NCBI RefSeq assembly: GCF_032191835.1
Contig: NC_083236.1
Coordinates: 11,222,001 to 11,270,978 of the forward strand
Source of the DNA: Heteronotia binoei
Taxonomy: Eukaryota
Direction of reading: 5' to 3'
Length of the DNA stretch: 48,978 nucleotides
In this document: piece by piece, positions 36,530-46,976 of the stretch
Layout: each line of letters opens with the position of its first letter
Position numbering within the stretch: position 1 is the stretch's first letter
The notes under the pieces: generated by a model
What the model saw: the letters and a program-made list of their open reading frames with translations, nothing else
The model's database searches: none
Told to the model about the DNA's origin: nothing
Translations under genes and position numbers: made by a program

Positions 36530-38180
36530 GGCAATTTGGCTTACAGTAGGCCCACATAGAGTGAGATACAGTCAGCACCAGTGCCGGGATGCCAGTACCA
36601 GGCTGGTGCCCTAGGCACTGCCCCTGCCCGCATCTTCACTCCCCGGCAAGCCCAGAGGCACAACATGGCTCCTGGACCTCAGAGCCTGCCCGCCCACCCG
36701 CCACCAGGTCACTGATGCTCTGCCTTCCGGCTTCCAGAAGCCGAGAGATGGAGTGATGGCAGCCAGTGGTTCACTCTGAGGCACAGGAGCTGCTCTGCAC
36801 CACTGAGCTTGCCTATTTCCCTCACCAAAGAGGCGAGGGGGGGAGGGCCCAACCCAGCACCTCCTCACCGGGCCGTGCTCCAAGCAGCTGCCTAAGGCTG
36901 CCTAATGGACGCACCGGCCCTGGTTACAGTAGTCTGATCTGGAGGTGACCATTGCATGTGGCTAGGTCAGGGTTGGACAGGAGGGGGCTAGTTGCCTGAC
37001 CTGCCATAGTTGGAAAAATGCCAGTCTGGCAACATTTGCAAACTTGGCCTCCAGTGATAAGGAAGAATCCAGAATCACACCCAAGGTCTTGACAGTTGGT
37101 ACCAGTGTTAAGGACACATCATCAAAAGCTGGGAGTTGGCACCTCAAACCTAAGTCCTCGCTGCCCAGCCACAGAACCTCCATCTTATCTGGATTCAGTC
37201 TCAGCCAGCTCTGTTTTAGCCATCCCACCATGGCTTCCAGGCCCTCAGCCAAAACAGCTGGGGTGGCATCCAGCCAGCCACCCATCAACAGATATAGCTG
37301 AGCGTCATCAGTTGGGCAAGGGGATACATATAGATGTTAAGCAACATTGGGACTCCACATACCAAGGAAACACCCTCTCCCCTAGCACCACCCCCTGTCC
37401 CCAACCTTGGAGGAACAAGATAAGCCACTTCAAGGCTACCCCATGGACACCTACATTGGCAAGGCAGTGGGTCAAAAGATCATGACTGACTGTGATGAAT
37501 GCTGCTGTAAGGTCAAGAAGCAAGAGGAGCACCGACCCACCTTGATCCAGTTGCCTGCTGAGATGGTCTGTGAGGGCAACCAGTACCTTTTCCATCCCAC
37601 GGCCAGGGCAGAAACTGGACAGGAATGGGCCCAGTGCCAGTGTGTCATCCAGAAAATTTTGGAACTGCTCTGCCACCATTCTCTCAATTATCTTCCCAAA
37701 AACAAAAGATTCAAGGCTGAGTGGTAATTGGATGGATCCAAAGGGTCCAAAGTTGGTTTCTTTAAGAGCAGTACAACCGCAGCCTCTTTTAGTCCCTCTG
37801 GATAGACCCCCAAATCCAAGGACAGGTTGCTAATGTCTACCAGACATTCCCTCACTGCCGGCCTTCACCAGCCCTCACTGCCAGCCTTCACCAACTGTGA
37901 GGGGCACTGGTGCAAGAAGTATACGGTCAGCCTAACAGCATCCAGAATTCTGTCAACATCAGCCCAGAAGAGCTGGCTGAAAGCTGTTGAAAGCAGAATC
38001 CAGAGATGACCAAGAGACTTCCCATTCACATACTATATCAATATTGGTCAGGAGGCCATGGTGGAGTGACAAGACTTTGTCTACAGAAAAGCTCACAAAC
38101 GTCTCACAGTTGATGGCTGAATTCCTAACATTTTGAGTTCTCTCAATGAGAGAAGTTAAAAGATCCAATCACCCTGAACG
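36530..38180 (-). mobile_element. L2-clade LINE ORF2 (linker and RT), degenerate
   Basis: DVDRILDAV; LGVYPEGLKEAAVVLLLKKPTLDP; LLLLDLTAAFITVSHDLL (ORF 37308..37679); LEAMVGWLKQSWLRLNPDKMEVL (ORF 36962..37288). Confidence 0.88.
36573..36922. mobile_element. hAT (Tip100-like) MITE inserted in L2
   Basis: End caccggccctg is the same TIR type as 6019-6494; start cagcaccagtgc matches 9/12; TSD gatacagt / gttacagt (7/8). Confidence 0.7.
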
Positions 38181-38564
38181 ATTGTGCGGGGTGTGAGCCA
38201 GCGGATGCTATGGAGGTTGTAAAAAAGATATATATTTTTAGCAGCCTTCACTGCCATCTCATAGGTTTTTATAAATGTCCTATAAGATGTCCTTGCGGCT
38301 TCATAATGGGTACACTACCAAACTCAGTCTAGTCATCTAAGTTCGCGCTTCATCCCCCCTGAGTTCCATCCTATAACAGGGGTATAGTTTAGATTGGGAG
38401 TGCAGAGGATGTCAGGGAGTGATTTCATCTGAGATATGAATCTCTCGCAGCATGGAGCAAGCATGTTGTCTTTTAAGGTTTTACAGTATTTGCACTTATC
38501 TGAACTCCCAAAACCTCTGACAGTGCCTGAGATTAGTGTTAGCAAAATTCATAAATAGGAGCTC

Positions 38565-38900
38565 TGTAGCAATGCATCTGTATGGTCCACTAAGACCCCT
38601 AGATCCTTTTCACACAAACTGCTGCCAAGATAAGTCTCCCCCATCCTATAATTGAGCATTACATTTTCCCTCCCTAAATGCAGAACTTTACATTGATCTA
38701 GGGCTTTTTTTCTGGGAGAACATGGTGAAACAGAGTTCTGGAACCTCTTTGTAGAAACAAAATTCTCACAAAATGTTTCACTGTTCGTGAGGGGCACCCA
38801 TGTGTTTTACCTTCATTTCTCTCTTGAGAGCTCTGGCACCTCTTTTTCCAGAAGAAGAAAAAAAAGCCCTACGTTTATCTATGTTAAAATTCATTTTAAT
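38565..38900 (-). mobile_element. CR1 RT fragment
   Basis: DQCKVLHLGRENVMLNYRMGETYLGSSLCEKDLGVLVDH (ORF 38549..38797). Confidence 0.85.
38699..38871. mobile_element. Short hAT MITE inserted in CR1
   Basis: TIRs TAGGGCTTTTTTT / AAAAAAAGCCCTA; flanks cattgatc / cgtttatc (decayed 8-bp TSD). Confidence 0.75.
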
Positions 38901-39275
38901 TATTAACATATAACAGCTGTTTTATCTAATTTTATCCTAACTTTTAAGGTAATTTAATTGTATTTTAATTTGTCTTATTGTATTGATTGTATTTTATAGA
39001 AATCATGGTTGTTCCATGTCTGTGAGCCGCCCTGAGCCTGCCTTTGGCGGGGGAGGGCGGGATGCAAAAATAAATTTACCTTACCTTACCTTATTTTATG
39101 TGTTTTAGCCCAGTTTTCCAGCCTGTCGAGATCATCCTGTATGCTTTGGAGAAGATGAGGTCAAGACTCTCCTCAGTCTATGCTAACAAGTGGCCAAAAC
39201 CTCGGGCAGGAGATGGACTCACTAATGGGGCGTCTGAATGTCTACCCATTGCTAGGCACCCACCTGGGTCTATCT

Positions 39276-39801
39276 TAGGGTTGCCAATCCCCAGGTGGGA
39301 GCAGGGGATCCCCCAGTTTGGAGGCCCTCCCCCCACTTCAGGGTTGTCAGAAAGCAGGGGGAAGGGAGGGAAATGTCTGCTGGGAACTCTATTATTCCCT
39401 ATGGAGATTTATTCCCATAGAAAATCATGGAGAATTGATCCGCGGGTATCTGGGGCTCTGGGGGGCTGTTTTTTGGAGTAGAGGCACCAGATTTTCAGTA
39501 TAGCATCTAGTGCCTCTCCCCAAAATACCCCCCAAGTTTCAAAAAGATTGGACCAGGGGGTCCAATTCTATGAGCCACAAAAGAAGGTGCCCCTATCCAT
39601 TATTTCCTATGGAAGGAAGGAATTGAAAAGGTGTGCCATCCCATTAAATGTGATGGCCAGAACTCCCTTTGGAATTCAATTATGCTTGTCACAGCCTTGA
39701 TCTTGGCTCCACCCCTAACGTCCCCTGGCTCCACCCCCAAAGTCTCCTGGTTCCACCCACAAAGTCTCCAGATATTTCTTGAATTGGACTTGGCAAACCT
39801 A
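39276..39801. mobile_element. hAT (Blackjack-like) MITE, complete (526 bp)
   Basis: TIRs TAGGGTTGCCA / TGGCAAACCTA; perfect 8-bp TSD gtctatct at 39268-39275 and 39802-39809. Confidence 0.92.
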
Positions 39802-40672
39802 GTCTATCTATGTAATTTCATCAGCAAGCACAAATCTTCCTGAGTACAAAACTGGATTACTATCAAGCAGCCAGGTGGGCTTGATTAGCTTTCACTTACC
39901 TTGCCTAAATGTCACCTCCCAACCTGGCCACTTCTTTTCTCTATCCTACCTAGATACAATCTCCTCTTTTGTTACCTTTCTGGGAAGACCTCCCTCCCCA
40001 ACTCAGTCAGAGTCCAGAAATCCGGATTCTCCCTCTGAGGTGGAGATCATCTTGGGTGTTTCCCACCATCCAATCAGGGAAGCAGGAAATAGATTTTCTC
40101 CTCTTCCTGTGGTGGTGGAACACCCACTTTTCCAATTCTTTTCCTGCCACAATAGGGAGAGCAACGTTTTTGGCTTAAACTCCAAACTCTGATTACAAAT
40201 TTACCCATTTCTTCAATTCAGGCCATTCAACCAGGGGAATGGTCTCTGAAGAGGAATCTGTTCCAGCAGATCATAGACCACTCTGGACTGCTGAAAATGG
40301 ACCTCTTTGCCACTCCTCTCAATCGTCAACTTCCCAGGTATTGCACCAGGGTCCTTCACCTTCAGGCAGCAGCAGTGGATGCTCTGATGACCCAATGGCC
40401 CCTGGGGCTATGGTACACCTTTCCCTCCAATCCCAGCCATTCCAAAGCTACTCCAAAAGATCAGAAAACAAGAGGTGCAGCTACTGCTAGTGGCCCCATG
40501 ATGGCCTCTCTACCATTCAATGAATATCAGTATCACACCATCGTCACCTGCTGATAACCCCAGATATGCTGGTACAGGGACCCATATGGCACCCTCATCC
40601 AGAATGGTTGCAGCTGACTGTGTGGCTGTTGAACGGACTTCATTCCAGAATACAGGATACTCAGTGGAGCTT

Positions 40673-40966
40673 AAGGGTAAAGGTAGTCCCCTGTGCAAGC
40701 ACCAGTCGTTTCCGACTCTGGGGTGACGTCGCATCACGATGTTTTCACAGCAGACTTTTTACAGCGTGGTTTGCCCTTCCCTTCCCCAGTCATCTACACT
40801 TTGCCCCCAGCAAGCTGGATACTCATTTTACCAACCTCAGAAGGATGGAAGGCTGAGTCAACCTCAAGCCGGCTACCTGAACCCAGCTTCTGCCAGGATT
40901 GAACTCAGGTCATGAGCACAACTTCAACTGCAGTACTGCAGCTTACCACTCTGCGTCACGGGGCTC
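40673..40966 (-). mobile_element. Sauria SINE inserted in DIRS
   Basis: aaggtaaaggtagtcccctgtgcaagcaccagtcg... family match. Confidence 0.9.
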
Positions 40967-41130
40967 CTCTAGAAAGGAATTGACCACCAGAATATATTAT
41001 GCCTCTTGGAAAGCCTTCCACAGATGGTCCAGAAGGAAAGCAGTCAATCCTCTGAAACCTTCAGTTCAGTAAATTCTAGATTTTCTGCAAGGCGATCTGA
41101 AGTCTGGATTGAAACTGACTACCCTGCAAA

Positions 41131-41612
41131 GAGACATCACCCTGCCAACAAAAGTCCATATAGTCAAAGCGATGGTATTCCCAGTAGTAATGTATGGCTG
41201 TGAGAGCTGGACCATAAGGAAGGCCGAGAGCAGAAGAATGCATGCTTTTGAGATGTGGTGCTGGAGAAGACTCTTGAGAGTCCCTTGGACTGCAAGAAGA
41301 TCAAATCAGTCAGTCCTAAGGGAAATCAACTCAGACTGTACCCTGGAAGGTCAGATGCTGCAGCTGAAGCTCAAATTCTTTGGCCACCAAATGAGAAGGG
41401 AGCACTCCCTGGAGAAGATCCTGATGCTAGGAAAGACAGAAGGCAAAAGAAGAACGGGGTGGCAAAAGATGAGATGGCTGGACAGTGTTACTGATGTAAC
41501 AAACATGAATTTGAGCAGACTTTGGAGGATGGTGGAAGACAGGAGGGCCTGGCGTGACTTTGTCCATGGGGTCGCAAAGAGTCGGACTCGACTGTGCGAC
41601 TGAGCAACAACA
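41131..41612 (+). mobile_element. BovB (RTE clade) LINE 3' end inserted in the DIRS YR
   Basis: ORF 41109..41603: KVHIVKAMVFPVVMYGCESWTIRKAE..FEMWCWRRLLRVPWTARRSNQS; (caa)n tail; TSD accctgcaaaga / accctgaaaaga (11/12). Confidence 0.93.
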
Positions 41613-42052
41613 ACCCTGAAAAGACAGGTCGCAGTCCTCCTGACCTCAGTATTCCATTTAGTAGATGGAGTGGACCTTGCCAATCATCCCCACATTCAAA
41701 GATTCCTGCAGGGGACCACTCTCAGGTATCTTCCTCAGGTAAACAGATGTCCTATCTGGCATTTTCACATGGTGCTGACAGTTCTGACCAAGCCATCCTT
41801 TGAGCCACTCAAGGACATCCCATTGAAGTGGTTGTTGCTAAAAACCATCTATCTGGTGGCAGTGACCTCAGCATGAACTCAGTGCCCTCTCTATTAAATG
41901 GGAGCTCTGTATAAGGACAAGGTAGTCCTTTGCAAAGACCTTACCTTCCAGCCAAAGGTCACATCCAAGTTCTACAGATCCCAGGAAATCTATCTACCTT
42001 CCATCTGTACCAACCCAAAGCGTCTTAAGGAAAAGTCGTGGCACACCTTAGA

Positions 42053-42120
42053 CTAGGGGTATCAAACCTATGACCTGCGGGCCACAATCGACCCACCGAC
42101 AGCTGTGATCAGGCCAGCGG
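42053..42120. mobile_element. hAT-Charlie-type MITE end
   Basis: taggggtatcaaacctatgacctgcgggccac resembles CAGGGGTGTCAAAC-type termini; other end not found. Confidence 0.45.
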
Positions 42121-42989
42121 TTCTCTTCTCCCGTCTGCTCCCCTCTCCTGCCTGTTTGCACCCTTTGGAGCTCAAGCTGGAGCTGCTGCACAGGGAGTAA
42201 AGGGCAGGGCTGCCCAACTTCCCAGCTCATCTTTGCAGGCTTCTCCTCTAGCAGAAAACTCCTCTGGGTTCCATTGAAATACAGTGCAGTACAAAAAAAA
42301 AGGTTGCAAAGAAAATGTAGAATGTATTTTTCATTCTCAGAGTAGTCTTTCTAGGTCCAGGGGCCTTAATGGAAAATCCATTCCACATTGTTTGTTAGTT
42401 GTAGTTGTTGGTCCTAGAGTTGTCCTCTTGCAGATAAAAGGATGTTTTGAGCCAGCTTGTCTCTGCTGATTGGACCTAGAAACAGATGCCTGAGTACTCT
42501 AACCTGGGAACCCACAGCCAAAGGGGGGCATTACATGGAGAGCTACTGCCACTCTTTAGGCCTGTGGTGGGAGAAACTTACAGTGCCCAGCCATTTCATG
42601 TTTTTTCCTAGGCTCAAGAGCATTTTATATTTTTAGTTTATGCTGTAATCCTTGTGCTTTTTCTTGATGTTTTGTTTTGTTTTTAAATTGCATTACCAAA
42701 TCCCACTATTCCTTCACTTTTCCATTTTAAACAAAATATCTGTATCTTTTACAAAGTTTATATCTCTGCTTCTTGGCATTACATTTTATGACATGCATGG
42801 TTCAGCCCTACAATATCCCATTTGTGTCAAATCTGGCCCTCATAACAAATTTGCACCATTAAGGTGTAAATGGCTGTTTATCTGCTCCAAGAGAGGTCAG
42901 GAGGGGCATGACAAGACTGTGTCATTGCTCCTACCTCGTTTAATCTTTACATTAACAATTTAGCTCTAGACTGATGATTGTCTTTACAT

Positions 42990-43340
42990 CCCCCACAGTT
43001 GGAGCCTCATTTGATTCCAGTCATGCCATATACAAACAACATGGCTCTGGTATCAGTAACCAGAGTCGGACCTTTTCAATCAATAGTGATCATTCGGTAT
43101 TGTGCTGCTGGACACCTGGTAATTAATTTAGAAAAATCCAAGATTTTAATTTTTGCTAGATCTTGTAGAATGAAATTATTACACCAGAATATCTCAGGTC
43201 ACATTATAGAAGTCCAATTTAATAAATATCTGGGAGTTACTTTCCAGTGTTCACTCTCTTGGGCTTTGCGTGCTTAAGAGGTATCTATGAAAGCTGCAAT
43301 TTTGAGGAAATTTTTTTCTACCACAGTTGCACAATTTGTC
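42990..43340 (+). mobile_element. Non-LTR retrotransposon RT fragment, clade unresolved
   Basis: ORF 42978..43277: LVINLEKSKILIF...IEVQFNKYLGVTFQCSLSW; possible C-terminal zinc-knuckle remnant RICDKSLVETVEHFFL near 44840-44890. Confidence 0.6.
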
Positions 43341-43610
43341 CCTGCAGTTTTGGATGCATTTCAGGCAAAAATAACCTCATTTTTTGAGTTAGCCGCCCTA
43401 AGCCCATCAGGGGAGGATGGGATATAAATTTGATAAAATAAATAGATAAATAAAATGCTATACTGGTGTGGATTGGCAGCCTGGCTACATGCCCAGATAT
43501 AATCCAGACGAATGTCCTTCGATAGATCTTAACATGTCCTAGATGTATCACCTCATCCTCCTTGTTAATGGAAACTGGGCAGAAGACAATTTCTCTTATA
43601 TAGGGGGTTT

Positions 43611-43705
43611 TTTTTGTTCAGTCGCACAGTTGAGTCTGACTCTTTGCGATCCCAAGTCACACCAGGCCCTCCTGTCTTCCACCATCGTCCGAAATCTGCT
43701 CAAAT
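43611..43705 (-). mobile_element. BovB 3' tip
   Basis: Reverse complement matches 41510-41605 (atggtggaagacaggagggcctgg...gcgactga). Confidence 0.8.
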
Positions 43706-43735
43706 ATAGCCTGATTAATGGTTATTAAATAAAAT

Positions 43736-44024
43736 AGTAAAGGTAGTCCCCTGTGCAAGCAGCAGTCATTTCCGACTCTGGGGTGACGTCACATCACGAC
43801 ATTTTCACAGCAGACTTTTTACAAGGTGGTTTTCCATTGCCTTCCGCAGTCATCTACACTTTACCCCCAGCAAGGGAGGTACTCATTTTACTGACTTCGG
43901 AAGGATGGAAGGCTGAGTCAACCTGGAGCCAACTACTTGAACCCAGCTTCTGCCGGGATTGAACTCACGTCCTGAACAGAGCTTGGACTGCAGTGCTGCA
44001 GCTGACCACTCTGCCACTGGGCTC
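43736..44024 (-). mobile_element. Sauria SINE
   Basis: Family match to 1317-1610. Confidence 0.9.
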
Positions 44025-44066
44025 CTTGGTTATTACATAACGGCTTGCAATTAATTTAGAGAGTAA

Positions 44067-44340
44067 GAGCCCCATGGTGCAGAGTGGTAAAGCCGCAGCA
44101 CTGCTGTCGAAGCTCTCTGCTCATCCCGGCAGAAGCTGGGTTCAGGTAGCCAGCTCAGCCTTCCATCCTTCCGAGGTCGGTAAAATGAGTCCCCAGCTTG
44201 CTGGGGGGGAAGTGTAGATGACTGGGGAAGGCAAGGGCAAACCACCCCATAAAAATAGTCTGCCATGAAAATGTCATGATGCAACATCACCCCAGAGTCA
44301 GAAACGACTGGTACTTGCACAAGGGACTACCTTTACCTTT
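44067..44340 (+). mobile_element. Sauria SINE, B-box region deleted
   Basis: gagccccatggtgcagagtgg head; lacks gacctgagttcga; acctttaccttt tail. Confidence 0.9.
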
Positions 44341-44909
44341 AAGCAGGCCTCGAATTCAGCAGGAGCTCACAGGAGCACGGCTCCTGAACCTTTCTGAGGG
44401 TTCCACCTCCTCCTTCCCACCGTGTCCATTGAATAATAGGTTCAGCTGCATAACAATCCCTGGATGAGCTCCACCACCTATTTTTCTACAAAATGACCCT
44501 TTAAGCAAACACTAGTTTTACTGTCAGTATTCATTTCTTTTAAACGTGGGTGGAATTGCCGAAACTCACTTGACATGGATTTCTTGTGACTCTCTTTTGG
44601 CCTTAGACTGGTACTTATAGCTTGGTTAGTAGCCACCTTGTGGTGGAAGAATGCCACGATCTTCAGGAAGGGAAGTGGTACCTATATTCGTCTATGTGCT
44701 TTGGATCCGAGTTACCATATTATTTCTATAGTATTGCAATACCATGTTATTAGATTTTTTTTTTCTTGCAAGGATGAATTCACTTCCACTTGCTGTCTTA
44801 CATGGATGATTTACAGACCAAAAAGGAGGGATCTAGAACGTCGTATCTGTGATAAGTCTTTGGTAGAAACTGTTGAACATTTCTTTTTGTTGCTGTTAAA
44901 ACAAAGCTT

Positions 44910-45095
44910 GAGTCCAGCAACATCTTTAAGACCAATGAAGTTTTATTCAAGGTATAAGCTTGCTGTTTGTGTCTTTGGTTGTCAAAGTAAGGAGTAATAA
45001 AACAAAGCACACTCAGATGTCCGAGGAAGTGGTTTTGCACACCAAAGCTTATACCCTGAATAAAACTTGGTTGGTCTTAAAGGTGCCCTTGGACC
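44910..45095. mobile_element. Penelope-like inverted terminal structure
   Basis: Arms 44910-44962 (ctttaagaccaatgaagttttattcaaggtataagctt) and 45045-45095 (aagcttataccctgaataaaacttggttggtcttaaag) are reverse complements; resembles squamate Penelope ends as recalled. Confidence 0.6.
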
Positions 45096-45574
45096 TGAAC
45101 TTTGTTGCGCTGCTTCAGACCAACACCTAACTCTATATTCTTTTTCAGAGTAATTTATTGGGATCTGAGAAGCAATTTTCTGTATCCTCATCTGAATAAG
45201 AAGCCTACTTGCTCTTCTAAGTATAATCTCATGACTCTGTTAGCAGACCTGGCTTTTAATATACCATTAGACGTGTGCAAACTATAGCTGCTGCAATTAA
45301 ACATTGTGCATTTTTATTGAATATGGAACAGCAATAACTTTTTTGCTATATTGTTTTTTTTCTATTGGCTCAGACCTAGTGGGAAACAAATCTTGCCTGT
45401 CTTTATTCCACTTCTGCAGGGGCCTGGGAGGAACTCTTGAGTCTTCAAGGGAGCTGCTGCTCAAAAGACGCTCCTCTTGGATTTGAGATGCTCACAAGAT
45501 AACCCCATGTCCTCTTTTTCCACCCCCACCGCGATTCTGGTGTGGAGCACCCTCAGCTCTGCTTGGAAGTCTGA

Positions 45575-46082
45575 CAGGATTGCCAACTCTGGGTTGGGAA
45601 ATTCCTGGAGATTGTTGGGGGTGGAGCCTCAGGAGGGTGGAGGCTCTAAAGCTGCCTTTTCCTCAGTGGAACTGAGCTCCATAACCCAGAAACCAGGAGT
45701 AATTCCAGGGTAATTCAGAGAGAACTCCGGGCGCCACCTGTACCCGGTGGCAATCCCAAAGTGGCGCCTGGAGTTCTTCTGCTGTTCCACTTGATCTCCA
45801 GATGACCACGCTCAGGTCCCCCTGGAGAAAATGGCTGCTCAGGTAGGGTTGGGAAATACCTGGGGATTTCCCAGGCAGAGGCCGGAGAGGGCAGGTTTGG
45901 GAAGGGAAAGGACTTCCGTGGGGACTTCCAAGCAGCTTTCCTCCAGAACTGGGTTTGCTTGTCTGGAGACAAACTGCAAGGGTGAAAGATCTTCAGGGGC
46001 CGCCTGGAGGCTGCCACTCTTACGCTGAGGCCCTTCCCCAGCTCCACCCGGGCAACCCTACCCCTGGAGGTTGGCAACCCCA
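45575..46082. mobile_element. hAT (Blackjack-like) MITE
   Basis: caggattgccaac start, ggttggcaacccc end; no TSD identified. Confidence 0.75.
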
Positions 46083-46289
46083 GCCTGCTGCTTCCCCGAC
46101 GGCGGGGAAAGGGCCCGCCAGGCCTCCCTGCGCCGCCGCCTCCTCCTGCGGGCAAGGCTCCCTCCATAGCCCAGCGCTTCTCTCCCCCTCGACGCCAAGG
46201 GGGAAGCCGAGGCCGCCCTCCGCCTTTGGCCAGAGCCGCGCCGACGGGGGAGCGCGACTGACGGAGGAGGAGGAAGAGGAGGAGGAGAA

Positions 46290-46976
46290 GTTGCATTGGA
46301 AAATATTTTTTATTTGAATAGTAAATAGTTATACAGTTAAAACAGTTCTATGAAGCACCCTATAAATAGCTAACAGTTAAGAAAATAATGTCTGTAGAAA
46401 AGAGGTTGCATCTAAAAGTAAGCGGAGCGGAGCCCTCGGAGGAGCGAGCGAAGGGCCGGGCGGGGGGAGGCGGGCGGGGGAGGCTTTTTTCTCCCTATAA
46501 AAGTTAAAACCCTTTTCGACAGATCCCGTTTTTTAAAAAAAAAGAGTCCCCGGCACAGTGAAAGGGCGGGCGGGGGTGGGGTGGGGTGGGGGGAGGCCAA
46601 GCACGTCCCAAAAGAAGGACCACCATCAGGAGAATTAAGAATAAATAACCAATAAATAAGCATCACGCGTCAACGAACTCAACATGTCCACACACAGCGG
46701 GTCTCGAAAGCCGGACAGGAACTCCAAGGAGAGAGGCAGGGGCGGCGGGTTGTCGGTCTTAAGGCAGCTTCGACGGCGGCGGCGGCGGCGGCGGCAGGTC
46801 TTCTGCGGAGAGCGGCGGTCAAGCGGCGGCGTCCGAGGCTCTGGGCAGGCCGGGGCGCGCTCTGCTCGGCGGCCGGCTCCGCTGGCGTCCCCGACGGCGC
46901 CCCATCCCCGCGGCTGGCTGGCTGTCGGGGGGCGGCGGCGGTAAAGCTAGTCGAGGGGGGGGGGAAGGCACGGCGC
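46290..46976 (-). other. INSM1: INSM1 3'UTR
   Basis: Between stop codon and polyA signal; contains AU-rich ttatttatt near 46650. Confidence 0.7.
46309..46314 (-). terminator. INSM1: INSM1 polyadenylation signal AATAAA
   Basis: Plus-strand tttatt; minus context ttcaaataaaaaatattttcc; pyrimidine-rich sequence follows; only AATAAA seen at the end of the AT-rich UTR block. Confidence 0.75.

Larger units (their letters stand above)
39810..42052 (+). mobile_element. DIRS1-like tyrosine-recombinase retrotransposon (methylase-like and YR regions), degenerate; may extend left to about 39120
   Basis: GEWSL...MDLFATPLNRQLPRYC..DAL..W...YTFP (ORF 40297..40554); YR: ILDFLQGDLKSGLKLTTL.RQV, HPHIQRFLQG...PSFEPLKDIPLKWLLLKTIYLVAVTSA (ORF 41670..41876), PKVTSKFYRSQEIYLP..WHTLD. 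Confidence 0.85.

Noticed and set aside
38333-38545. KCKYCK as a BED zinc finger of a hAT transposase
   Set aside because: No downstream His pair or transposase motifs, and the ORF is only 70 aa.
40230-40560. Methylase-like domain as evidence of bacterial or phage contamination
   Set aside because: Embedded in DIRS RT/YR sequence and interrupted by squamate SINE and LINE insertions. It is a known DIRS1 component.
1317-44340. tRNA genes at the A/B-box motifs
   Set aside because: All are heads of Sauria or Squam3-type SINEs with LINE-derived tails, and none forms a complete cloverleaf that I could see.
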